Source: Intestinibacter sp. (GTDB taxonomy: Bacteria; Bacillota; Clostridia; Peptostreptococcales; Peptostreptococcaceae). Taken from it: a DNA stretch of 39,785 nucleotides. How positions within the stretch are numbered: the first letter of the stretch is position 1; each line of letters opens with the position of its first letter. The stretch is from assembly GCF_051866655.1 (NCBI RefSeq), contig NZ_JBJDXL010000531.1, forward strand, positions 1-39,785, in the 5' to 3' direction. This document shows positions 8,773 to 16,582 of the stretch, piece by piece. The notes under the pieces were generated by a model. It made no database searches. It was not told the DNA's origin and was given only the letters and a program-made list of their open reading frames with translations. The translations under genes and the position numbers were made by a program.

Positions 8773-9954
8773 TTATTCATCTAATAATTTTTTTAGCTTA
8801 GATAAACGTCTTAAACATTCGTCTAGAGTTTCTTTAGATCTAGCAAAATGAAGTCTAATGAGATTATTTACTTCCTCCCTGAAAAAGCTTGAACCTGGAA
8901 CAGGGGCTACACCTATATTTTTAGTCATCCACTCTGAAAATTCTAAGTCATTCATCCCTTTAAATTGATCTAGCTCTAAAAATTTAGATATGTCAACTAA
9001 CACAAAATAAGTCCCTTGTGGAGTAGTGTGATCAAGTCCTATTTCATCAAGTCCTTTTAGAAAATAGTCTCTTTTTTCAGTGTAAGTTTTTTTCAATTCT
9101 TCATAATAAGATTCATCGAAATTAAGTCCAACTACTGCTGCTTCTTGTAGAGGAGAAGGTGCTCCTACAGTCAAGAAATCATGAACCTTTTTAGCACATT
9201 CAACTATTTCCTCTGGACCAACTAAATATCCCAGTCTCCATCCTGTGATAGAATACGTCTTTGATAGAGAGCTTGTAGAGATAGTTCTTTCGTACATACC
9301 AGGTAGTGATGCAAAATATGTATGATGGTAAGGTTCATATATCAAATGTTCATAGACCTCATCTGTTATTACAAAGGTATCGTATTTTACAGCTAAATCG
9401 GCTATTATCATAAGCTCTTCCTTTGTAAATACTTTTCCAGTTGGATTTGAAGGATTGCAAAGTATTATCGCCTTTGGATTTTGTTTAAATGCGTCTTCTA
9501 ATACTTCGACATCAAAATCAAAAGTAGGTGGAACTAGTGGAACGTATATAGGCTCAGCTCCAGATAGTATTGCATCAGCTCCGTAGTTTTCATAAAATGG
9601 AGAGAAGACTATAACCTTATCTCCAGGATTACAAACTGTCATCATAGCGCACATCATAGCTTCTGTACCACCACATGTTACTAATACTTCTTTTTCAAAA
9701 TCGATATCTCTTTTAAATGCTTTACTTTGTTTTTTTGCAATTGCTTCCCTTAAATTTGGTGCCCCAAAAGTTACAGAATATTGATGAGGACCTTCAGCTG
9801 CTATTTTAGCCAGAGCATCAGTCATTGCTTTTGGCGGTGGAAAATCTGGGAAACCTTGAGATAAATTTATAGCTCCGTATTTATCACTTATTCTAGTCAT
9901 TCTTCTGATTACTGAGTCAGTAAATGTGTTAACTCTGTTACTTAATTTTGGCAT
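8773..9954 (-). CDS. PLP-dependent aminotransferase class I/II (YbdL/DapC-like)
   Basis: AINLSQGFPDF, NPSNPTG, DEVYEH, SLSKTYSITGWRLG, PGSSF. Confidence 0.92.
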   Translation of the reverse strand: MPKLSNRVNTFTDSVIRRMTRISDKYGAINLSQGFPDFPPPKAMTDALAKIAAEGPHQYSVTFGAPNLREAIAKKQSKAFKRDIDFEKEVLVTCGGTEAMMCAMMTVCNPGDKVIVFSPFYENYGADAILSGAEPIYVPLVPPTFDFDVEVLEDAFKQNPKAIILCNPSNPTGKVFTKEELMIIADLAVKYDTFVITDEVYEHLIYEPYHHTYFASLPGMYERTISTSSLSKTYSITGWRLGYLVGPEEIVECAKKVHDFLTVGAPSPLQEAAVVGLNFDESYYEELKKTYTEKRDYFLKGLDEIGLDHTTPQGTYFVLVDISKFLELDQFKGMNDLEFSEWMTKNIGVAPVPGSSFFREEVNNLIRLHFARSKETLDECLRRLSKLKKLLDE

Positions 9955-10118
9955 TTTTTCCTCCTGTATAATATTAATTAAAAACTTTTATCAATAATAT
10001 AATTGTATACAAAAATATGGAAAAATCATATTGAATATCTAAAAAATGAATAATTTTATAAAAAATAAACTTCAATTAGTGAAAAATACCTCTGCCAAAA
10101 ATAGAAAATTATTGAGTA

Positions 10119-10202
10119 TATAAAGATTGCATAAATAAATACCTAGAAAATTGCTAAAACATATAAAGATTATATAAAGATTTTGCAAATATGTATTATA
10201 AT
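10119..10202 (+). promoter_or_regulatory. trkAH promoter with direct-repeat pairs (OmpR/KdpE-like) and TATAAT
   Basis: TATAAA-N5-CATAAA (10119-10135) and TATAAA-N5-TATAAA (10162-10178); TATAAT at 10197-10202; no canonical -35. Confidence 0.55.
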
Positions 10203-10339
10203 ATAGATTGTAATAAATTTCCCCTATTATAAAGTCTTTATTTGAATATTATAGAGGATTATTTATCAAAATATAAAATATTAACTAGGAGAATATAAAA
10301 TATTATTCAAGGTTTAAAAATTTGAACAGGAGGAAGGAA

Positions 10340-11695
10340 ATGCAAATAGTTGTAATAGGATGCGGAAAAGTAGGGAGAACTTTGATTGAGCATCTGGCAA
10401 TGGAAGGACATGACATTGTAGTCATAGACAATAATTCACAAAATATAGAGGATATAGTAAACACATATGATGTCATGGGGATTTGTGGAAATGGAGCTAT
10501 TTACGATATCCAAATGGAGGCTGGTGTAAATAAGGTCGATTTATTCATATCAGTTACATCATCTGATGAGATTAATTTAATCTCTTGCTTGATAGCGAGA
10601 GAATTAGGAGCTAAAAATTTAATTGCAAGGGTTAGAAATCCTGATTATGCATCACAGATATCATTTATGAGAGATAGATTGGGAATTAGTATGATGATAA
10701 ATCCAGAAAAGGCGGCTGCTGATGAAATAGCGCGTATATTAAAATTCCCATCAGCCCTTAAGGTAGACCAATTTGCAAAGGGACTTGTAGATTTAGCAGA
10801 GATAAAAGTTAAGCAAGGAAGTAAATTAGTAGGAATATCATTGAGTGATTTGAATAGAAAGTTTAAATCTAGTGTACTAGTATGTGCGCTTCAAAGACAA
10901 CAAAGAGTACATATACCAGATGGTAGATTTTCTCTAGAAGAGGGTGACAAAATACATATTACTGCATCCCATAAGGATTTAGAGAATTTTATGGTTTCAG
11001 CTGGAATTTATGAGAGAAAAATCAAATCAGTTATGATAATAGGCGGAGGTAGAATAGCATTTTATCTTTCTAAGCAATTAGCTGAAATTGGTATAAAGGT
11101 GAAAATTATAGATAATGATGAAAAAACATGTGAAAGACTGAGTATGCTTTTACCAAAGGCAGATATTATAAATGCCGATGGTACAGATCAAGATGTTTTA
11201 TTAGAAGAAGGTATAGAGCATGTAGATGCGTGTGTATCTATGACTGGTATAGACGAAGAAAATGTAATTATATCTATGTATGCATCTAAATGTAATGTGC
11301 CTAAGGTAATAACAAAGGTAAATAGATTTTCAATAATTAATATGCTGGAATCTATAGGTATAGAAAGTGTCATTTCACCTAAAGATATTACAGCAAATCA
11401 AATAGTTAGATATGTAAGAGCAAAGGCAAACAAAGTCGATAGTGGTATAGAAACACTTTACAAAATTGTAGACAAAAAAGTAGAAGCTATTGAATTTATA
11501 GCGAATAAAAATGTAAGCTTTTTAGGTATACCTCTAAAAAAATTAAATACGAAAGAAAACCTACTTGTAGCAGGTATAATGCGAGGTAATAAGTTGATTG
11601 TACCGAGCGGGGACGATTTTATACAAGCTGGAGATAGTGTAATAATAGTTACAACAAATTCTTTCTTAACTAGCCTGGAAGATATTTTAGCTTAG
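10340..11695 (+). CDS. trkA: Trk K+ uptake regulatory subunit (tandem RCK domains)
   Basis: Two Rossmann motifs (IGCGKVG, IGGGRIA), IARVR, ISPK; start moved to ATG 10340 after AGGAGG. Confidence 0.95.
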   Translation: MQIVVIGCGKVGRTLIEHLAMEGHDIVVIDNNSQNIEDIVNTYDVMGICGNGAIYDIQMEAGVNKVDLFISVTSSDEINLISCLIARELGAKNLIARVRNPDYASQISFMRDRLGISMMINPEKAAADEIARILKFPSALKVDQFAKGLVDLAEIKVKQGSKLVGISLSDLNRKFKSSVLVCALQRQQRVHIPDGRFSLEEGDKIHITASHKDLENFMVSAGIYERKIKSVMIIGGGRIAFYLSKQLAEIGIKVKIIDNDEKTCERLSMLLPKADIINADGTDQDVLLEEGIEHVDACVSMTGIDEENVIISMYASKCNVPKVITKVNRFSIINMLESIGIESVISPKDITANQIVRYVRAKANKVDSGIETLYKIVDKKVEAIEFIANKNVSFLGIPLKKLNTKENLLVAGIMRGNKLIVPSGDDFIQAGDSVIIVTTNSFLTSLEDILA

Positions 11696-11707
11696 GAGGT
11701 TGTAGTT

Positions 11708-13180
11708 ATGAATAGGAGGATGATTTTAAGAACTTTAGGAAATATATTGTTATTTGAAGGAATTATAATGGTATTGCCACTTTTAGTATCTTTAATTTAT
11801 AAAGAGCATAAGGCTGTGTATTTTCTTATAACTATAGCAGTTGCTTTGGCAGTGGGAGGATTTCTTTCAAATTTAAAAACAGAAGATAAGCGTATATACG
11901 CAAAAGAAGGATTTATAATAGTAGCTCTTAGTTGGATTGTTGTATCTTTAATTGGATCCTTGCCTTTTTATATGAGTGGGGAAATCCCAAACTATATAGA
12001 TGCGTTTTTTGAAACTGTTTCTGGGTTTACGACTACAGGTTCTAGTATTTTAAACGATATAGAAAGTCTATCGAAGGGTATGCTATTTTGGAGATGCTTT
12101 ACTCACTGGATAGGTGGTATGGGAGTGCTTGTATTTGTACTTGCATTTTTACCACAATCAGAAGGTCAAAATATGTTCCTTATGAAGGCCGAGGTTCCGG
12201 GCCCTGTAGTAGGTAAATTAGTATCTAAGGTTAAAATGACTGCGAGAATATTATATGCTATATATGCTGTACTTACTTTGTTAGAAATAATATTTTTATT
12301 GATTGGAAAAATGCCACTTTATGATAGTATTGTGCATGCATTTTCTACAGCAGGTACAGGTGGATATTCTATAAAAAATACTAGTATAGCTTATTACGAT
12401 AGCTATTATATACATATCGTGATATCTATATTTATGCTGTTGTTTGGAGTAAATTTTAATTTATATTATTTATTGCTGTTAAAAGATTTCAAACAAATAT
12501 TAAAAAGTGAAGAGCTTAAATGTTACTTGTTAATAGTAGTCAGTTTTACAGCTATAATTACAGTTAATACATTGGGTATTTATGGAAATGTAGCAGAATC
12601 ATTTAGATATTCGTTTTTCCAGGTTGCATCTATTATAACTACAACTGGATTTGGTACAACTGATTTTAATCTATGGCCATCGTTGTCGAAAGTTCTGATA
12701 TTATTATTGATGGTTATAGGTGCATGTGCAGGTTCAACTGGTGGAGGTATGAAAATATCTAGGGTTATGATGCTAGTAAAATCAGCAAAATCTAGTATAA
12801 AGAAAATGATTAGCCCGAGAAGTGTAACGACAATAAAGATAGAAGGAAAGCCTGTGGATAAGCAAGTGCTTGATTTTTCGTATTCTTATTTCGTAGTATA
12901 TGCAATTATATTATTGGGATCTATGTTATTAATTTCATTTGAAAATTTAGATATGGTTACAATAATCACGGCTCCTTTAACTTGTTTGGGAAATGTAGGA
13001 CCAGGATTAGGTGAAATAATAGGTCCTGTAGGTAACTTTTCATCGCTATCTAATTTTTCGAAATTAATACTTAGTTTTGACATGTTAGCAGGACGTCTTG
13101 AGTTATTCCCTATGATAATGCTTTGCTATAGTTTTAAAGAATGGTTATCTGCATCAAAATCAAAAATATTTAAAAAGTAA
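11708..13180 (+). CDS. trkH: Trk K+ uptake membrane subunit
   Basis: Pore-loop motifs FETVSGFTTTG, STAGTGG, ITTTGF, GNVGPG; GSTGGGMK; GRLE. Confidence 0.95.
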   Translation: MNRRMILRTLGNILLFEGIIMVLPLLVSLIYKEHKAVYFLITIAVALAVGGFLSNLKTEDKRIYAKEGFIIVALSWIVVSLIGSLPFYMSGEIPNYIDAFFETVSGFTTTGSSILNDIESLSKGMLFWRCFTHWIGGMGVLVFVLAFLPQSEGQNMFLMKAEVPGPVVGKLVSKVKMTARILYAIYAVLTLLEIIFLLIGKMPLYDSIVHAFSTAGTGGYSIKNTSIAYYDSYYIHIVISIFMLLFGVNFNLYYLLLLKDFKQILKSEELKCYLLIVVSFTAIITVNTLGIYGNVAESFRYSFFQVASIITTTGFGTTDFNLWPSLSKVLILLLMVIGACAGSTGGGMKISRVMMLVKSAKSSIKKMISPRSVTTIKIEGKPVDKQVLDFSYSYFVVYAIILLGSMLLISFENLDMVTIITAPLTCLGNVGPGLGEIIGPVGNFSSLSNFSKLILSFDMLAGRLELFPMIMLCYSFKEWLSASKSKIFKK

Positions 13181-13196
13181 ATATATAAAAGAAAGT

Positions 13197-13349
13197 GTTT
13201 AAAATAGTGGCTTCATGCATTTCAAGAAAATCAACATTATGGATCTTTAGGATAAAGATTTTCTTATTTTAGTTGGGAGATTCTTTGTTTCATATATATT
13301 CTTTGAAATGATTTTAGGGTTTACAATTATAGGAGCTACTATTTTAAAC
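13197..13349. repeat. 153-bp imperfect palindromic intergenic element (MITE-like or structured RNA)
   Basis: 18-bp terminal inverted repeat GTTTAAAATAGTGGCTTC / GGAGCTACTATTTTAAAC (2 mismatches) and nested inner inverted repeats (CATTTCAA / TTGAAATG; ATCTTTA / TAAAGAT). Confidence 0.55.
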
Positions 13350-13575
13350 TATATAAAGTGTTTATATAAATTGGAATAATTTTATATACTGGATAAATAA
13401 AATATATTTTGTGGGAATTTTCTCCTCATCGTATCTACAAAAAAATTTAAAAAGATACAAAAAAATAATATAATAATAAATGATATATATCGTAAAAAAT
13501 ATTATAATTAAATTAATATAATTTTTATGAAAACATAATTATTGTTTCATTTTATATATGAGGGGAGTAATTAGT

Positions 13576-14550
13576 ATGAAAAATGATAAGAATGTTGAAC
13601 TTATTTCACCAATCGGCGAAATTTGTAAAAAAGTGGATTTAAAAAAGGCAATGGTACCTATTTGTGATGAAAAGCTATCACCATTTGCATCTTATGTAGG
13701 GGATATGCATAAGTTGAACAAGCCTAAAAAAAATACGACGAAAGTGGAAGCTGATTTTTTATTGGAAAAAGGTCATATTGGGGATATAGAAAAGGCCATT
13801 TTATTTACAATAAATCGTTTATTGTTTGCTACATCTTTACAGATTACTTTTTATTTAAAAAAGAGTGGATATGATATAGAATCTAAAACAGTAGCTAGAA
13901 AATTGACAAGACTTAAGGAAAAAAGCTTTGTAAGACAAATAGAATTTGTTTCTGAAAATAGTATTAGTTCATATAAAGCGTATTATTTGGGATATCATGG
14001 AACAGGATTATTGAGGGCGTTAGATGTAAAAACGTATTCTCAGGGTTATGTAAGTGAAATAAAAACATCTAAGATTAAATCTATATTAGCATCAAACCAA
14101 TTATTAACTCAGGTTATGAATGATGAATTAGAATATGAGGTGTCTAAGGTTATAGTTAACGATAGTATTAGAGGTTGTATCGTTAGACCGCAATCAATTT
14201 TAAAATTCAATGACCGCAATTTTTTTGTTGAGGTAGTCAGAAAAACTTCGGATTGGCAAGAAAAATTAAGCCAAAAATTGTTAAGATATGATACAGTTAT
14301 AGAAAATTATAAAAATTTAAATATCAAATTTAAAACAAAACCAATACTTATAATACAAGGTGAATCATATGAACATATGTTTGATATAATGAACTTATAT
14401 AATAGCAATAATTATGAAAATATCGATGTGATATTTACTTTTGATAGAATTTTATTGTATCAATTGGAAAATGCGTTTTTTACCATTGAACAAAAAGTGC
14501 CAAAGAAGAGCTTCTTTTCATTTTTATTTAGAGGAAGAAAAAATAATTAA
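13576..14550 (+). CDS. Replication-relaxation (Replic_Relax)-like protein: winged helix plus degenerate PD-(D/E)xK-like domain
   Basis: wHTH pattern IL..I..L.FATSLQI...ARKLTRL...YYLG..G; later LASNQL, VRPQS, FFVEVVR, KLLRY; start ATG 13576 after GAGGGGAG. The family call is pattern-based only. Confidence 0.6.
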   Translation: MKNDKNVELISPIGEICKKVDLKKAMVPICDEKLSPFASYVGDMHKLNKPKKNTTKVEADFLLEKGHIGDIEKAILFTINRLLFATSLQITFYLKKSGYDIESKTVARKLTRLKEKSFVRQIEFVSENSISSYKAYYLGYHGTGLLRALDVKTYSQGYVSEIKTSKIKSILASNQLLTQVMNDELEYEVSKVIVNDSIRGCIVRPQSILKFNDRNFFVEVVRKTSDWQEKLSQKLLRYDTVIENYKNLNIKFKTKPILIIQGESYEHMFDIMNLYNSNNYENIDVIFTFDRILLYQLENAFFTIEQKVPKKSFFSFLFRGRKNN

Positions 14551-14619
14551 TTGATGAAAAAGGTAGAAATAAGGAATAATTTTATATAATAAATAAAATT
14601 TAATATAAAAATATAAAAA

Positions 14620-14673
14620 TTCAAATATAGTTCATAAAAAATTTACATTAAATTCATATTAAAAAGGTATTAT
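14620..14673 (+). promoter_or_regulatory. Four 11-bp-phased hexamers plus -10: putative response-regulator-activated promoter
   Basis: TTCAAA 14620, TTCATA 14631, TTTACA 14642, TTCATA 14653, then TATTAT 14668-14673. Confidence 0.55.
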
Positions 14674-14679
14674 CTAAGT

Positions 14680-14799
14680 ATAGAAAGACTAGCTTAATAA
14701 TTTACTTAAATACCCGGATAATGATAGATTCCCTCACACTCTTTTATCTATCATTATCAAATTTGGCCCTGTACCCTCGTTAATCAGGGCTTTTTTTTT
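14680..14799 (+). ncRNA. Candidate ~120-nt small regulatory RNA with C-rich loops
   Basis: Perfect 13-bp stem (14717-14729 / 14746-14758) with loop UCCCUCACACUCUUUU; terminator GCCCUG/CAGGGC with loop UACCCUCGUUAAU and U9; no RBS-led ORF. Confidence 0.6.
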
Positions 14800-14955
14800 G
14801 CTTTTTATTATAAAATACTCATTTTTCCTAAATAACTTTAAAAAGATAGAAAATTCTTATATAATAGGAGTTAAGTAAGAAATTTATATTTTTTTGTAAA
14901 TAAATGTATATTTATTAATATATATATAATTTTAATTTATTTTTAAAGAGGTGAG

Positions 14956-15465
14956 ATGGTGGAAAGAGTATTGTTCTTTGGTATTTTACTTTTCATAGCA
15001 TTATTTATATTGAATTTAAAATTATCCTATGTTGCATCTAGAAGTATGAACTTTAAATTAGGTGTATTTTTTTCAATTATAACTTTGCTATTTTTAGCAG
15101 TTAATGGCATAAGTGATGAATTTAGAATTGTACCAATAGTAACTGCTTTGCTTGTAGTAGTTTGTATGTGTATAGGATTAGTTAAGTACATTTTTAAAAT
15201 TTTCAATGGAAAAGTCGATGTGATTTTAGCATTTTGTTTATTGGCAGTATTAATTTGCGAAGTATATACGCGATTAGATCCTTATAGTTCTTTTTTATAT
15301 TTTGTATTTAAAGAAAACATCAATGTACATAAAATAGAAATCTTTGCAATTATAGGATTTATAATATTTTTATCAGTAAAAATATTTGCGGGAATTTTCT
15401 TTAAGAAGGATTTAAATTTTTTAGATAAAAAACAATTTCAAGTGAAAGATGGAAAAGGTAAGTAA
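14956..15465 (+). CDS. Hypothetical polytopic membrane protein (about 5 TM helices)
   Basis: Successive hydrophobic segments, basic C-tail, RBS AAAGAGGTGAG. Confidence 0.7.
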   Translation: MVERVLFFGILLFIALFILNLKLSYVASRSMNFKLGVFFSIITLLFLAVNGISDEFRIVPIVTALLVVVCMCIGLVKYIFKIFNGKVDVILAFCLLAVLICEVYTRLDPYSSFLYFVFKENINVHKIEIFAIIGFIIFLSVKIFAGIFFKKDLNFLDKKQFQVKDGKGK

Positions 15466-15469
15466 TGTA

Positions 15470-15509
15470 TACAAAAGGTATGAAATGATTTTATTTCATA
15501 CCTTTTGTA
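15470..15509. terminator. Bidirectional terminator between convergent genes
   Basis: Perfect 17-bp inverted repeat TACAAAAGGTATGAAAT / ATTTCATACCTTTTGTA. Confidence 0.75.
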
Positions 15510-15544
15510 GTTTTAAGAAAATTAATTATACTTTTTACACTAAT

Positions 15545-16159
15545 TTAGGCGATACTAAGAATATTGTACTTGAAAATGATAGGTTTACAAGTATTATATA
15601 TCTTGTTATTCCAGCCAAATTGAAGAAAAAAGTTAACTTCTAGATCCTTTTCTGTTTTAGAAGAATCTATTGCTATTAAGGCTTTAGTAATTGTTTTATT
15701 TGTATATCCTAAGTTTTTGAGTGCTTCTGTTATTTCGTCGTCCATATTTTGCATTATAGCGAGTGCATCATCGTAATTTTCATCAAATAGAGATTTAAGA
15801 TTTGATATTAAATTTATAGAGCATTGAGTCTGTTCGCATAAAAAGTTTATTGAATGAAGATATCCTTTATCTCTACTAATTATGTAATAATCGATATTTT
15901 TACTTTTGTTAGATCCTATAAGCAATCCTAAGCAGCTCACTAATTGAAAATCAAGACAGTTCTTACCTCCAGATTCTATATGGATATTTTTAATAGTTGC
16001 TTTTGTTTCTATAGTTTTTATAAGATTGTCGTGAAAATTGTGAACTGTAGTTTTATCAGTTGTAAAAAGTATTATTAAGTCGTTCTTGTCTAAATAATTA
16101 GCCCCTTTAAGAGAGCGTATATTTACATTTTCCGTGTCTACTAAAAAAATTTTTTGCAT
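15545..16159 (-). CDS. PIN/NYN-like domain protein (putative RNase)
   Basis: FLVDTENV, GKNCLDFQL and IISRDKGY acidic motifs; RBS AAGGGAGA. Confidence 0.8.
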   Translation of the reverse strand: MQKIFLVDTENVNIRSLKGANYLDKNDLIILFTTDKTTVHNFHDNLIKTIETKATIKNIHIESGGKNCLDFQLVSCLGLLIGSNKSKNIDYYIISRDKGYLHSINFLCEQTQCSINLISNLKSLFDENYDDALAIMQNMDDEITEALKNLGYTNKTITKALIAIDSSKTEKDLEVNFFLQFGWNNKIYNTCKPIIFKYNILSIA

Positions 16160-16276
16160 TTTTAATCTCCCTTTTAATTATTGGTTTTAAATAATGAGCT
16201 CATCTATTTAGAATTATTTACAAAAAAAATTTTTATATACAAAATTTTAAAATAATATAATTAAAAAATAATAAAT

Positions 16277-16305
16277 TTGCAAATTATATAAAAATGTGAT
16301 ACATT
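16277..16305 (+). promoter_or_regulatory. SigA promoter of the rib operon
   Basis: TTGCAA, 17-bp spacer, TGn-TACATT upstream of the FMN riboswitch. Confidence 0.7.
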
Positions 16306-16343
16306 ACAAGTATAAAGTTAAAATATGGATATAAAATTTGATA

Positions 16344-16460
16344 TATTCTTCGGGGCAGGGTGAAATTCCCGACCGGCGGTATAGCCCGCGAGCTAAATTA
16401 TTTTTAGCTGATTTGGTGAGATTCCAAAGCCGACAGTAGAGTCTGGATGAGAGAAGATAA
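16344..16460 (+). promoter_or_regulatory. FMN riboswitch (RFN element)
   Basis: Consensus CTTCGGGGCAGGGTGAAATTCCCGACCGGCGGT...AGCCCGCGA...GCCGACAGT..AGTCTGGATGAGAGAAG upstream of ribD. Confidence 0.98.
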
Positions 16461-16521
16461 AGTAATAAATTATTTGAAATTTTTAAATAATTTTATTATT
16501 ATTTTTGTTGTTGATTATAAT

Positions 16522-16549
16522 AGCTCTGATATATATCAGGGCTTTTTTT
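16522..16549 (+). terminator. Attenuator terminator of the FMN riboswitch
   Basis: AGCTCTGAT-ATAT-ATCAGGGCT followed by a T-run before the ribD RBS. Confidence 0.8.
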
Positions 16550-16582
16550 AATGACCTTTTAAAAAAGAAAGAAGGAATTTTT

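Noticed and set aside
10203-10339. c-di-AMP (ydaO) riboswitch upstream of trkA
   Set aside because: No conserved ydaO core sequences; only a weak AT-rich hairpin.
15449-15643. 64-aa + strand ORF
   Set aside because: Runs through a bidirectional terminator and overlaps two better-supported genes.
16505-16582. Hydrophobic N-terminal extension of RibD
   Set aside because: It overlaps the riboswitch terminator; the RBS supports ATG 16583.
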